This document shows, piece after piece, positions 1 to 9,879 of a stretch of 64,000 bases of DNA. Position 1 is the first letter of the stretch; each line of letters starts with the position of its first letter. Origin of the DNA: a virus; IMG/VR virus record IMGVR_UViG_2919614203_000001, positions 9,916 through 73,915 of that record. One strand, written 5' to 3'. The notes under the pieces are model-generated. The model had not been told where the DNA came from. It saw nothing but the letters and a program-made list of their open reading frames with translations, and made no database searches. The translations under genes were made by a program, and so were the position numbers.

Positions 1-1431
1 GAGGTTGCCGAACTGTGGCGGCACTGGATGGCAGCGCTTCGCAACGCGCAACCGCGGCTCTTGTCCTATCTCTCCTACATGACGGAACGGCTGCTACCGC
101 TGCGATCTATCGTGCGGCCAACTGGCTCGATCTACCTTCACTGCGACCCTACCGCCTCGCACTACATCAAGGCGATGATGGACAGCATTTTCGGGCACCA
201 GAATTTCCGAAACGAGATCATCTGGCGACGCACCGGGGCGCACGGTCGGGCCAAGAAATGGGGGCCCATCCACGATACGATCCTTTTTTACACGCGCAGC
301 GACAGCTACACTTGGAACCGGACCTTCGAGAAATACGACCAGTCCTATATCGACGACTTCTACCGCCACGAAGATCGCCATGGCCGCTATCGTTATGTGA
401 CGCTGGACGGTCCCGGTAAGCGCGGTGGTTCGTCGGGCGAGCCGTGGCGAGGTGTAGATCCGACGCCAAAAGGGCGGCACTGGGAACTTCCCCCAGACCG
501 GGCGCTTCCGCCGTGGTTCAAGCATCCCCCGGGATACGCCGATATGAGCGTCCAGGAGAGGCTTGACGTGCTAGACGATCAAGGGCTGATCTATTGGCCG
601 CCACGGGGCTCTGTGCCGCAATACAAGCGCTATCTGGCGGTGGCCGAAGGCAACCCCATACAAGACATTATCAGCGATATTCGGCCCATTGGATCGCAAG
701 CGGCGGAACGGCTTGGTTATCCAACTCAGAAGCCCGTGGCTCTGCTAGAGCGGATTATCAAGGCGTCCACGAACGAGGGCGATACTGTCCTCGACCCCTT
801 CGCCGGTTGCGCCACCACCGTAGAGGCCGCGCACGGGTTGAAGCGTAAGTGGATAGGGATTGATATCGCCATTCATGCCATCAAGCGTGTGGCCAAGGTG
901 CGCCTCGAAGACCGTCTGGGACTAGTGGAGGGCAAGGACTTCACAGTCGAGGGCATTCCTGAATCTGCCGAGGGCGCTCAGGACCTCTGGGAACGCGACA
1001 AGCACCAGTTCCAGAAGTGGGCAATCGAGCAAGTGGATGGGTTCGTGACCACCAAAAAGACCGCAGACGGCGGCATTGACGGGCGGCTCTATTTCTCGCT
1101 CCCCGGTTCGGCCGATTTGGAAAGCATGGTAATCGAGGTCAAGGGCGGCAAGCACGTCACCAAGGAGAACGTCCGTAGTTTGCGGGGCGTCCTTGAGCGC
1201 GATCAGGCGGCAATGGCCGGGCTTATCATTATGGGCGAAATGGGCGACCGCAAGACCAAGAACTTCGCCACTGAAATGGGCGATGCTGGCTACCTCGATG
1301 TGATGGGCGTCCAATACCCCAAGATGCAGATGCTGACTGTCGGCGATATTTTGGCAGGGAAGCGTTTCAACACTCCCACCGTCGCGAAAGCCCGGATGGT
1401 GGCGCAGCCGTCACTACCGCTCGGACGCTAG
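1..1431 (+). CDS. N4/N6 DNA methyltransferase fused to C-terminal Mrr-like PD-(D/E)xK endonuclease (5'-partial)
   Basis: Frame is open from base 1 (EVAELWRHWM...). MTase motifs YLHCD, NEIIW, GYPTQKP..LLERII, VLDPFAGCATT. C-terminal DGGIDG...IEVKGG nuclease motif. Confidence 0.85.
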   Translation, partial: EVAELWRHWMAALRNAQPRLLSYLSYMTERLLPLRSIVRPTGSIYLHCDPTASHYIKAMMDSIFGHQNFRNEIIWRRTGAHGRAKKWGPIHDTILFYTRSDSYTWNRTFEKYDQSYIDDFYRHEDRHGRYRYVTLDGPGKRGGSSGEPWRGVDPTPKGRHWELPPDRALPPWFKHPPGYADMSVQERLDVLDDQGLIYWPPRGSVPQYKRYLAVAEGNPIQDIISDIRPIGSQAAERLGYPTQKPVALLERIIKASTNEGDTVLDPFAGCATTVEAAHGLKRKWIGIDIAIHAIKRVAKVRLEDRLGLVEGKDFTVEGIPESAEGAQDLWERDKHQFQKWAIEQVDGFVTTKKTADGGIDGRLYFSLPGSADLESMVIEVKGGKHVTKENVRSLRGVLERDQAAMAGLIIMGEMGDRKTKNFATEMGDAGYLDVMGVQYPKMQMLTVGDILAGKRFNTPTVAKARMVAQPSLPLGR

Positions 1432-1535
1432 ATACAGCGCCTTAAGCCCATAATTACTAATTCCGAAATGGAGGTCTGCAGGAACCCGCCGCCCACGCCG
1501 CCGGTCGAAATTCGAAAGACCCTTCAGCGTTGGGA

Positions 1536-2564
1536 TTAGCCAGCTGTTTCCATTTCCAGGCGGGAGCGGAATCCGTTGCTGTCCATTTCGTGTTCGACCC
1601 GCGCGATCCGCCATGTCTTCGCGTCGATTTCCGATTTGAACCCTGACAGGGTCGCTTTCATGCCAGCGGCGATCGCGGCGTCGCCGTAGGCCAGCGTGAC
1701 TTCGAAACTGGCCGCGGCGCGCGCCAGGCGGTTCGTTTCCGATTTGGCGGCAGCGTCGGCGTCGGCCTGGCTGGCATAGATCCGTTTCAGCCGCTTGCGG
1801 TTCTGGCCCCCGTGCGAGGCGGTTTTCTGTTTTGCGGCGCCCTGATCGTGCCAGGTCGCTTCGGCGCCGTCCTGGGCCTTTTCCCGCGACGCGCGGCGGT
1901 AGGAATAGCGATCACCCGCCGAGCGGGTCAGTTCGATCGACGGGATCGGCGACCCGCCGACGGTCGTGTCGGCGCCGATCGGCGCGAAGATCAGGTTCCC
2001 ATCCTTCACGGTCGCGATCGCGTCATAGCGGCGGCCCAAGTCGCGCAGCAGCTGCATATCGGACTTGTTCGCCTGTTCGACCGACGTCACGACGGTCGCC
2101 GCGAAATCGGGATGACATGCCGCATTCAGGCCGTTGTCGGCCGCGACCTGGCCGACGATTTCGCCGATCGTCTTGCCGTTCCAGGTTCGCGTTCGGCGGG
2201 TGCGGAAGGACTTCGCCATGTCGGCCGAGCGGGCGCGCAGCGTGATCCTGTCTGGGGGCCCATCCCAGGCGACTTCGTCGACCAGGAACGTCCCCTTGTC
2301 GACCAGGCCGATCGCGACGCCGGTTCCCCGTTCCCATCCCAGCGAAACCTGCAGGCGGGACCCTTCGGGTGGCAGTTCGATTTCGCCGGTGCGATCGACC
2401 AGAACGATCTCGAGCTCGTCGCAGGATTCGGCGCGCTGTTCAGTGAGGCGCAGCGAAACCAGCAGCGGTTCGAACCTGTCGGTCAGATCCTGGCCGCCGT
2501 CGATCCTGACCGACCAGGCGGCGCGGGGCTGGCTGAATGCGCGATCGGCGCCCTGCTGGGCCAT
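1536..2564 (-). CDS. gpD: Phage late control D / baseplate hub protein
   Basis: 342 aa; LGW...DKGTFLVDEV, RTRTW...TIGEIV, Q..SD..LL.DLGRRYDA; last gene of tail operon after U. Confidence 0.9.
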   Translation of the reverse strand: MAQQGADRAFSQPRAAWSVRIDGGQDLTDRFEPLLVSLRLTEQRAESCDELEIVLVDRTGEIELPPEGSRLQVSLGWERGTGVAIGLVDKGTFLVDEVAWDGPPDRITLRARSADMAKSFRTRRTRTWNGKTIGEIVGQVAADNGLNAACHPDFAATVVTSVEQANKSDMQLLRDLGRRYDAIATVKDGNLIFAPIGADTTVGGSPIPSIELTRSAGDRYSYRRASREKAQDGAEATWHDQGAAKQKTASHGGQNRKRLKRIYASQADADAAAKSETNRLARAAASFEVTLAYGDAAIAAGMKATLSGFKSEIDAKTWRIARVEHEMDSNGFRSRLEMETAG

Positions 2565-2566
2565 GA

Positions 2567-2941
2567 TCAGTCGACCCGGCGCAGCGACAGGGTGAAATCG
2601 ACGGTACGCGCCTTGCCGGTGTCGACCAGGTTCGCGTGTTTTTCGTCGACCGATTCGATCACGAACTGGCCGAGGATATTCCCCGACCCATCGGACAAGG
2701 GCAGCGCGTCGCCGTCGTCGGCCATGTCGACCAGCTTCGCGATCGACGAATAGTCGCCGGCGATCGCGGGCACGATCTTGCCGGTCAGGGTGACGGTGTC
2801 GGCGCCGGGCCCGGTGAACTGGCTGGCCGGCCGCGCGCCGAACCGATCGGTCGTCGCATGGCGCCAGTTGCGGGTGCGCGCGAGTTCATCGAACAGGGCG
2901 CTGTCGGTTTCGAAAACGAACATTCCCAGGGCAGCGAGCAT
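2567..2941 (-). CDS. gpU: Phage tail protein U
   Basis: MLAALGMFVFE...R.W......RFG..P..QFTGPG; position between T and D. Confidence 0.9.
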   Translation of the reverse strand: MLAALGMFVFETDSALFDELARTRNWRHATTDRFGARPASQFTGPGADTVTLTGKIVPAIAGDYSSIAKLVDMADDGDALPLSDGSGNILGQFVIESVDEKHANLVDTGKARTVDFTLSLRRVD

Positions 2942-2953
2942 CGGGCCGGATCC

Positions 2954-5092
2954 TTAAAATTGGTCGGTGTAGGTTGCCAGGCCGCGCTGGCCGTCGCGTC
3001 GATCGATGATCCGCGCGACCCGTTCAGCCAGCGCCTGCGCATCTTCGCCGTCGCGCTGGTGAATGTGGATTTCCCATTTCCCCGCGCCGCCCTGGGTTGC
3101 GCCAGGCGCGCCGCCGCCAGCCATGCCGCCGGCCGTCGGGCCAGCGCCGGCCAGGCCGGCCGACAGGCGGCCCATCGCCTGCAGCGGACGCTGGCCGCCA
3201 CGATCGAGGCCGATGCCCAGGCCTTCGGTCATATGGCCGCCCATCTGCATCATCAGGCGCGACGGCGACTTGATCCCGAAGAACGACTTGAAAGCGGCGA
3301 TCCCGTTGCGCGCGACAGCGAGCAGGCGATTGCGCAGGCCGAACGGGTCGATCAGCGACAAAAGGCCCTGCATCATCTGGCCGCCCAGCGACCGGAGCCA
3401 GCCAGGCGCGGCGGCCAGGACCGACTTGACCGCCGACCATCCCGCCGAAAACGCCGCCTTGATCCGATCCCAGTTCGCATAAACGAGATAGGCGAGGCCG
3501 GCGAGGGCGAGGCCGATCCCGACGATCAGCGCGACCATCGGGTTTGCCATCATCATCAGGCCGGCCTGCATCACGCCGCGGCCCAGGAGCAGGACGGCGG
3601 TTCGCGCCATGCCGAGATAGGGCAGGAGTTTCGCGACGGCCGAGAGGGTGCCGCCGAACAGGAACATGGTCAGGCCCAGACCGATCTTGATCACGGCGAA
3701 CCCAGCGGCCAGCGACATGAGCGTTCCGGCCAGCTGCGGGTTCGCCTGCGCCCAGGCCGACACGCGCGACAGGATCGAATTGACCATGCCCAGGAAGCGG
3801 GTCGCAACCGGCAGAAGCGTCGTCCCCAAGGTGATCGCGAGGCGGCTTGCCGTGCTCAGGAACGATGCCCAGGCGACGTTCCCGTCCTGCAGTTCGCGCT
3901 GGTTGAACGCCTGGCTGATGGTGCCGGAACTGTTCGCGATCTGGGCGCGCATCGCCCGATATTCGTCCATTTTCAGGATCAGCATGCGCAGCGCCGATTG
4001 TGCCTGCATGTCTTCGACGACGAACCCGATCTTCGACAGGTCGCCGCCGGTCGCTTTTTGCGTGATTTCGGCCAGGGCTTCCATCGGCGTCCTACCCTTG
4101 GCGTAGGCCGCTTTCATCGCGGCGGGCAGATCGACGCCGAAGTTTTTCTGGAACGCCTTGATCGTCGCGGGCGAATTGATCTTCGCCAGCAGGTTTTTCA
4201 CGTTGTTCCCGGCTTCGTCGGCATCGCCTGCGCCCTGGCGCGCGATCTGCAAGGCGGCCGACAGATCCGCGACTGCGCCGACGCCGTGTTGGCCCAGCGC
4301 CTGCATCTGCGCAGTCAGGCCGGGGAAGTGCTTCGCCATGTCCTTCACTTCGAAGGCGCCCGCGTTGCCGCTGGCGGCCATGATGTCGAGCGCGCGGGCG
4401 GTATCGCCGAGCCCGACTTTCAGATTGTTGAGGTTCGCGAAGGCGGCGGCGGCGCCGTCGGCCATGTCGACCTTGAACGCGGTCCCCAGCTGGCCGATCG
4501 GGCCGATCATCTGGACGGCCTGACGCGGATCCAGGCCCAGGCCAGCGAGGGTGTCGACGCCGGCGCGCATGTCTTCGGGCATGCGGTGTGCCGCTTCGGC
4601 CGCGCGCAGGATATTGTCGGCCATCGCGCGCGTTTCGCGATTGGTCAGGTTCGCTTTCTGCTGAATGTCGACCATGCCCGAACTGAAATCCATCGCCGCC
4701 TTGCCGGCGATCACGATCGGGGTCAGCAGCGTCGCGCCGCTGATCATCTGCTGTTGACCGGCCGCCTGCAGTTCCTGGCCGCGCGCGTCCATTTTCGCGT
4801 TGCGGCCCTGGCGCGCGAGTTCGTCGCGCTGGCGGCGGATCGCTTCGTTCGCGCCCTGGACGCGGCGTTCCAGTTCGCGTTCCTGGTTCGCAAGGGCAGT
4901 GACGTCGCCGGTCGCACTTTCGAGCTGGCGCCGAACGTCGCGCAGTTCGCGTTCCAGGCCGCGCGCTTCGCGCTGCATCCCGCCCAGAACCTGACCGCCG
5001 GAGCGGCCCAGGCCGATGATGTTTTTCAGGCCGCCCGACAGCTTGTCGACGCCGGTGAACTGGACGATCAGGTTCAGCAGGTTGTTCGACAT
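2954..5092 (-). CDS. gpT: Tail tape measure protein
   Basis: 712 aa, Ala/Gly-rich, coiled-coil N-terminus, TP901-like core, hydrophobic segments, FFGIKSPSRLM near C-terminus. Confidence 0.9.
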   Translation of the reverse strand: MSNNLLNLIVQFTGVDKLSGGLKNIIGLGRSGGQVLGGMQREARGLERELRDVRRQLESATGDVTALANQERELERRVQGANEAIRRQRDELARQGRNAKMDARGQELQAAGQQQMISGATLLTPIVIAGKAAMDFSSGMVDIQQKANLTNRETRAMADNILRAAEAAHRMPEDMRAGVDTLAGLGLDPRQAVQMIGPIGQLGTAFKVDMADGAAAAFANLNNLKVGLGDTARALDIMAASGNAGAFEVKDMAKHFPGLTAQMQALGQHGVGAVADLSAALQIARQGAGDADEAGNNVKNLLAKINSPATIKAFQKNFGVDLPAAMKAAYAKGRTPMEALAEITQKATGGDLSKIGFVVEDMQAQSALRMLILKMDEYRAMRAQIANSSGTISQAFNQRELQDGNVAWASFLSTASRLAITLGTTLLPVATRFLGMVNSILSRVSAWAQANPQLAGTLMSLAAGFAVIKIGLGLTMFLFGGTLSAVAKLLPYLGMARTAVLLLGRGVMQAGLMMMANPMVALIVGIGLALAGLAYLVYANWDRIKAAFSAGWSAVKSVLAAAPGWLRSLGGQMMQGLLSLIDPFGLRNRLLAVARNGIAAFKSFFGIKSPSRLMMQMGGHMTEGLGIGLDRGGQRPLQAMGRLSAGLAGAGPTAGGMAGGGAPGATQGGAGKWEIHIHQRDGEDAQALAERVARIIDRRDGQRGLATYTDQF

Positions 5093-5127
5093 TCGGGCGG
5101 CCTTTCGGGCGGTTCAGGGTCAGGCGG

Positions 5128-5256
5128 TCAGGCGGTTCGGTTCATCTGTTTGAACCGTTCGACCGCCAGATCCTGCCAGGCGGCCAGTTCGTCGAAATCC
5201 ATTCCGATCATTTCGGAAAGGGGCCAATGGAACACGGCCGCGACGTCGGCGATCAT
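5128..5256 (-). CDS. gpE': Tail assembly chaperone extension E' (reached by -1 frameshift from gpE)
   Basis: MIADVAAVFHWPLSEMIGMDFDELAAW is typical GpE'; frame open back to the T7 run at 5319-5325. Confidence 0.85.
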   Translation of the reverse strand: MIADVAAVFHWPLSEMIGMDFDELAAWQDLAVERFKQMNRTA

Positions 5257-5624
5257 GGCGTCGACGGAACGATCGCGCCGGTCAGCTGCGCGATCTGCTG
5301 TTTCTGCGCGGCCGACATAAAAAAACCGACGATCGTTCCCGCCACTTCGGCGAAGTCTTCGGCCGAGAGGTTGCCGGCTTCGGCTTCGGTGATGAACGGG
5401 TCGCAGATCCGGGGCAGGACGGTGATGATGGAACCAGCGTCGGAATTGACCAGGTTCGAAATCGACAGGCCGCGCAGTTCGCCGGCCTTTGGCTTGCGCA
5501 AGGCCAGGGCGGTCACGTTGCCGCCTTCGCGTTCGATCGGTTCGGCGAGGGTGATCGTGTAGGGCCGGGGCTTGCCGGTGGTTTCGGTGGCCGGCGCATC
5601 GGCGACGGGGGTGGCTTCGGTCAT
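5253..5624 (-). CDS. gpE: Tail assembly chaperone E
   Basis: ITLAEPIER.G..V..L.LRKPKAGELRGL; between tail tube and tape measure. Confidence 0.9.
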   Translation of the reverse strand: MTEATPVADAPATETTGKPRPYTITLAEPIEREGGNVTALALRKPKAGELRGLSISNLVNSDAGSIITVLPRICDPFITEAEAGNLSAEDFAEVAGTIVGFFMSAAQKQQIAQLTGAIVPSTP

Positions 5625-5722
5625 AGCGGGAACCTTTCAGGGCGATCAGCGGGCAGGCGGTGCGGGGTTCCCCGCCCTGGCGCGCCCGCTTTTTCGCGCC
5701 AGAGCGGAGAGGGTTGGCGAAA

Positions 5723-6232
5723 TCAGGCGCCCAGGGCGGCGCGGATTTCGGCGTTGCGATCGATGCCGTCGACGATGAACACGCCGCCGACCATGTCGAT
5801 TTCGATTTCCGTCCGCCCGTCGATCGACAGCTTGTAGTAGGACAGGACCGACTTGAACGTGTGTTCGGTGTCATCCCCCGGCTTGGCGCCGCCCATGTCG
5901 ATTTCGACATAACGGCCGCGCGACACGACTTCGACGGCCTTCACCGCCGAACCGTCGTCGGCCTGATAGGCGCCGTTAAAGCGCAGCATGGTGCCGTCGT
6001 GCGCCGCGGCGCCGAACTTGCGGATCGCGGGGACCAGCAGGCCGCCGGCGACGAATTCCATTTCCAGCTTGTCCAGGCCCAGGTCGACGGCGACCGCGCC
6101 GACCATGCCGCCGCCGCGCCAGTCTTCGGTCACGATCTTGAGCGGGGGCAGGGTCACTTCGGCGACGACGCCCATATAGCTGTCGCCGTCGCCGTGCAGG
6201 TTCATGTTCTTCAGTTTGCTGGGAAGGCCCAT
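5723..6232 (-). CDS. gpFII: Major tail tube protein
   Basis: MGLPSKLKNMNL...LPPL....EDWRGGGM.G.V..DLGL..LE; 169 aa. Confidence 0.92.
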   Translation of the reverse strand: MGLPSKLKNMNLHGDGDSYMGVVAEVTLPPLKIVTEDWRGGGMVGAVAVDLGLDKLEMEFVAGGLLVPAIRKFGAAAHDGTMLRFNGAYQADDGSAVKAVEVVSRGRYVEIDMGGAKPGDDTEHTFKSVLSYYKLSIDGRTEIEIDMVGGVFIVDGIDRNAEIRAALGA

Positions 6233-6308
6233 TGTCTTTGCTCCTATGGCGCCGGGTCAGGGGAAGGGCTGGCCGGCATCAGGTGAAGGGGTTGCGCGCC
6301 GGATCCGA

Positions 6309-7454
6309 TCAGGCCGCCGCGAGAAGGTTGGCGAAGTCGGCGTAATACTTCGCCGTGATCCGCTGGTTCAGCTGCAGGCCTTCCATCGGGGCCGTCGGCG
6401 TGAAGTCGTAGTCGATGACGAGTTTGCCGTTGGCGAGGTCAGTCGGCGAATTCAGCGCCTGGTCGAACCAGGCCGAGCCGCCGACGATCAGGCCGGCCGC
6501 CGCCTTGGCGCGGAAATCGGCGTTGATCGTTTCGAGAATGTCGCGGACCAGGCCGACGGTCAGCGGCTTGTCGATCGCCCAGAGAAGGCCGGCCGCGATC
6601 GAATCCTGCAGAACCTGGCTGGTCCGGACGGCGCTTTCGAAGGCAAACAGGGGCTCGCTGCTGCAGGTGCGGTTCCCCCAGAATCGGAACCCGTTGGTGC
6701 GGACCAGCGTCGTCACCTGGGCCGCGTTCAGGGTGCCCGCGTCGGTTTCGTCGTCCTGCAGGTCGAAATAAATATCCTTCGACAGTCCGGTCACGCCGGC
6801 GACGGGGACGTTCGACAGCGTCTTGTTCCAGCCCTGCGTTTCGTCGATCAGCGCGCGCAGGCCGACCGCGCGGGCGACCGCATCGCCCACGAACGGGCCG
6901 GTAAAATCGGGCCAGATCAGCATGAGTTCGCGGGCCGAGAAGTTGGCGCGATAGAGGGCGACAGCGGCGATGTCTTCGCCGATCGCGCGGGCATAGGCCA
7001 TCGCGCGCAGCTTGGTTGCGATGACGGCCAGTTCGGTCGTGACGTCCTGCGTATCGAGGCCCGGCGCGGCCAGGATCCGCGGGCGGAACCCGGTCTGGAC
7101 TTCGGCGGCCAGCAATGCCTGCAGGCCGGTGAACACGCCGTCGATCTGGTCGCCGATGACCAGGGTGTCCTGCGCGCCGGGGTTTTCGGGATCTTCTTCG
7201 GCTTCGGCGACGCGGACGACGATCAGGATCGGGCCGACCTGGTCGGCGATCGCTTCCAGCGTCGGTTTCAGGGTGCCGGTCGTGCCGGCATCGCCGATCA
7301 CGCGGCGCAGATCGGTGATCAGGGTCGGGCGATCCAGCGGGAAGATTTCGTCGACCGCATCGTCGGCGGTGCAGACAAGGCCGATGATCCCGGTGGCGAT
7401 CGTGGTGATCGCGCGGGTGCCGGCGGTCAGGACGTTGGTTTTGATTCCGTGCAT
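6309..7454 (-). CDS. gpFI: Tail sheath protein
   Basis: MHGI...T..IGLVCTADDA, PRIL.APG, GWNKTLSNV, GFRFWGNRT motifs; 381 aa. Confidence 0.93.
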   Translation of the reverse strand: MHGIKTNVLTAGTRAITTIATGIIGLVCTADDAVDEIFPLDRPTLITDLRRVIGDAGTTGTLKPTLEAIADQVGPILIVVRVAEAEEDPENPGAQDTLVIGDQIDGVFTGLQALLAAEVQTGFRPRILAAPGLDTQDVTTELAVIATKLRAMAYARAIGEDIAAVALYRANFSARELMLIWPDFTGPFVGDAVARAVGLRALIDETQGWNKTLSNVPVAGVTGLSKDIYFDLQDDETDAGTLNAAQVTTLVRTNGFRFWGNRTCSSEPLFAFESAVRTSQVLQDSIAAGLLWAIDKPLTVGLVRDILETINADFRAKAAAGLIVGGSAWFDQALNSPTDLANGKLVIDYDFTPTAPMEGLQLNQRITAKYYADFANLLAAA

Positions 7455-7470
7455 GGGGTTCGGTTCCTTT

Positions 7471-7818
7471 TCAGAAAATCGGGACAGTGAGGCGCGAAAC
7501 GGACGTCGGGCTGGCGGTGTCGGTGCGGCGGCCGGTGACGGTGATGATCATCTGACCCAGAGCGAATTCGCCGGCGACTTCGACCCGCTGAACCAGCAGG
7601 CGCGGTTCCCAGCGGGCCAGCGCGATCGCAGTCGCCATGACGCACAACAGGCGGGTTGCGGCATTGTTCGGCCGATCGAGCAATTCGAACAGCAGCGAGC
7701 CATAATCGCGGCGCATCGGGCGCGTTCCGATCGGCGTCGACAGAATGTCGCCGATCGACTGGATCAGGTGATCGTCGCCGTCCAGCTGCGCGCCGGTTTC
7801 GCGGTTCATGCCAATCAT
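7471..7818 (-). CDS. gpW: Baseplate wedge protein W (gp25-like)
   Basis: MIGMNRETG....G.DHL.QSI.DIL.TP.GTR.MRRDYGS; ATG overlaps gpV stop (ATGA). Confidence 0.92.
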   Translation of the reverse strand: MIGMNRETGAQLDGDDHLIQSIGDILSTPIGTRPMRRDYGSLLFELLDRPNNAATRLLCVMATAIALARWEPRLLVQRVEVAGEFALGQMIITVTGRRTDTASPTSVSRLTVPIF

Positions 7819-8441
7819 GTCGGCAATCCGGTCGTGCCGCTGCCGGTCGTGACGCCGGTGTGCCGGTGCGTTTTCAGGTGGACCCCGCCGCCGACGACGT
7901 CGCTGCTGGCGGTGACAGTGCCGCCCGAATCGACATTGCCGCCGACGCCGGTATCGCCGCTGATCTGGACGTTGCCGTTCACCTGGACATTGCCGTTCAC
8001 GGTCGTTTCGCCGTTGATCGTGACCGGACCGTTCACGGTGACGCCGCCGTCGGCGGTGGCGGTGATCGTCGCGCCGGCGGGCAGTTCGATCACCATCGCA
8101 TGCGCGGCCGCGTCGTAAGACAGGACCGCTTCGTCGCCGAAGCGGATCAGGTCGATCGCGCGGTTGTCGGCCGCCGGGAAGGCATCGCAGACGATCCCGC
8201 GCAGCGCGACGCCGGCGCCGATTTCGCCGGCGGGGCACAACAGCACGACCTGTTCGCCGACGCTGGGCGGGGTCCAGGTGATCGTCGCGCCATGCCGGCT
8301 TTCGATCCAGCGGATCGGGCCGCTGATCGCGCCGTCGTCGAATTCCACGGTGCAGCGCGCCGCCGACAGGTCGACGGCAGCGATCGCGCCGAAGCGGATC
8401 AGCTGGTCGGGATCGGTCGGGGCATCTTCGGGACTGCGCAT
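7815..8441 (-). CDS. gpV: Baseplate spike protein V
   Basis: IRFG.I..VD, W.PPSVGEQV, beta-helix repeats, C-terminal HLKTHRH metal-binding tip. Confidence 0.92.
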   Translation of the reverse strand: MRSPEDAPTDPDQLIRFGAIAAVDLSAARCTVEFDDGAISGPIRWIESRHGATITWTPPSVGEQVVLLCPAGEIGAGVALRGIVCDAFPAADNRAIDLIRFGDEAVLSYDAAAHAMVIELPAGATITATADGGVTVNGPVTINGETTVNGNVQVNGNVQISGDTGVGGNVDSGGTVTASSDVVGGGVHLKTHRHTGVTTGSGTTGLPT

Positions 8442-8486
8442 GGCCGATGCCTTGCGCGCGCCTGCGCGATCAGGCCAGCGGCCGGG

Positions 8487-8509
8487 GTTGTGCCGGCCGC
8501 GCTTACAAC
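8487..8509. promoter_or_regulatory. GTTGT-N13-ACAAC late-promoter motif, copy 1
   Basis: GTTGTGCCGGCCGCGCTTACAAC(GGG), 46 bp before gpV start. Confidence 0.7.
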
Positions 8510-8537
8510 GGGCATGATCGCGCGGGCCGGAACAATG

Positions 8538-8735
8538 TCAGATCAGGCCGGCGTCGATCTTGGCTTCGACGCCCTGGGCGACTTCGGCGACGCGCGCGCG
8601 GGTGGCGTCGCGGTCATAGGCGCCGGCATCGTCCAGGACGGCGTTGACGGCGCGCCGATGGATCTTGCCACGGTGCGAGAAGGTGACGGGGACGGTCCTG
8701 GTTTCGGGATCGTAGGCGCGGATCTGGGTTCGCAT
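8538..8735 (-). CDS. Small hypothetical protein downstream of tail fibre
   Basis: 65-aa ORF filling the H-V gap on the operon strand. Confidence 0.65.
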   Translation of the reverse strand: MRTQIRAYDPETRTVPVTFSHRGKIHRRAVNAVLDDAGAYDRDATRARVAEVAQGVEAKIDAGLI

Positions 8736-8758
8736 GGTCTGGGCCTTTCGTGTCGGGA

Positions 8759-9850
8759 TTACTGCTTGCCGCGAACGGACCAGTAGAACCCCTGCAAGCT
8801 GTTATCGTCGCCGTCATCGGCCTGCAGCTGGACCGAAAACCCGTTCTTCGTGACGGTGCCGCTGATCACCTGGCACCACAGATCGCGATAGATCGACGCG
8901 GTCGAAACGACGGGCGTGACGCTGATCGCGATGATTTCGCCGACCGACCCGAAGGGCAGGGGGAAGGAAACCGCGACGACCGCTTCGTTCGTCCAGCTGC
9001 CCGTTTTCAAACCGGCCTGGTCCAGAAACCCGTTTGCGCGCTTTTCCCAGGTGCCGGCCGAATTGCTGCCGAACTTCGTCGCGTCGACAGCCTGCAGGAA
9101 GGCGGCCGCGTGTTTGCCGTCGAGCAAGTCGGCGTCCAGGCCGGAAGCGGCGCCATCGACCGTCTTGATCCTGGTCAGGATCGCGTTCGCGGTGAAGGCG
9201 GCCGCGTCCAATGGCGTGAACCCCAGGCGGGCGGGGATGTTCGCATACCAGCTGCCGTCCTGCCCATCGAGCATGTCGGCATCGAGCCCTGACCCGCTGC
9301 CGTCCTGACCCAGCAGCCACGACAGGACCGCGGCGCGGCCGGCGGCGGGGGTTAGGGCGCGCAGTGCATCAATACCGGCGATCGCTTCGGCAATGGTCGC
9401 CAGTTCGACAACGCCCTGGCGTTCGGTCGTCGCCGGCGGGTTCGAAAAGGTCGTGTCGCCGAACGTGACGGATTCGGCGTTGACGTCGACGAACCGGACG
9501 TCGACGGCCAGCGAGGCGATCGACGCGGCGGTTTTCACGACGACCGGATCGGCCTGGCCGTAGATCGCGAACAGCGTTCCGTCGGCGAGGTAAACGCCGA
9601 ACGATCGCATCGAATAGGCGTCGGGGCCGTCGTCGAACATGGTGACATGGATCGTGTCGGGCGCGACGACTTCGCCGGAAATCGCCGAAACCCGCTTGAT
9701 TTCGTCGACCAGGACGGTCGCCGCCGGATCGGGCACGATCGCCGTTTCGGACAGGCCGATTTCGGTGATCGCGACCGGTGCGGTGCCGGTGTGTTCGGCG
9801 TTGATCAGGGCAACGCGGCCGGCGTCGGTGACTGTGATCGTGAAAGGCAT
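8759..9850 (-). CDS. gpH: Tail fibre protein (gpH-like, short)
   Basis: N-terminal baseplate-anchor region ITDAGR.A, ATTERQGVVELAT, two GLDAD.LDG repeats, C-terminal gp53-like domain (SFP.PF...F.V...FYWSVRG). Confidence 0.8.
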   Translation of the reverse strand: MPFTITVTDAGRVALINAEHTGTAPVAITEIGLSETAIVPDPAATVLVDEIKRVSAISGEVVAPDTIHVTMFDDGPDAYSMRSFGVYLADGTLFAIYGQADPVVVKTAASIASLAVDVRFVDVNAESVTFGDTTFSNPPATTERQGVVELATIAEAIAGIDALRALTPAAGRAAVLSWLLGQDGSGSGLDADMLDGQDGSWYANIPARLGFTPLDAAAFTANAILTRIKTVDGAASGLDADLLDGKHAAAFLQAVDATKFGSNSAGTWEKRANGFLDQAGLKTGSWTNEAVVAVSFPLPFGSVGEIIAISVTPVVSTASIYRDLWCQVISGTVTKNGFSVQLQADDGDDNSLQGFYWSVRGKQ

Positions 9851-9879
9851 CGTGTCCCTACCTGGTCATGAAAAGGGGG

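Noticed and set aside
1414-1614. 66-aa minus-strand ORF between MTase and gpD
   Set aside because: Overlaps both flanking genes, has no RBS or motif, and is most likely spurious.
2636-5320. 894-aa + strand ORF (also 24619-27720, 20682-23057, 42960-44708, 52965-56054)
   Set aside because: Antisense shadows of real high-GC genes; no motifs, and typical of stop-poor reverse frames.
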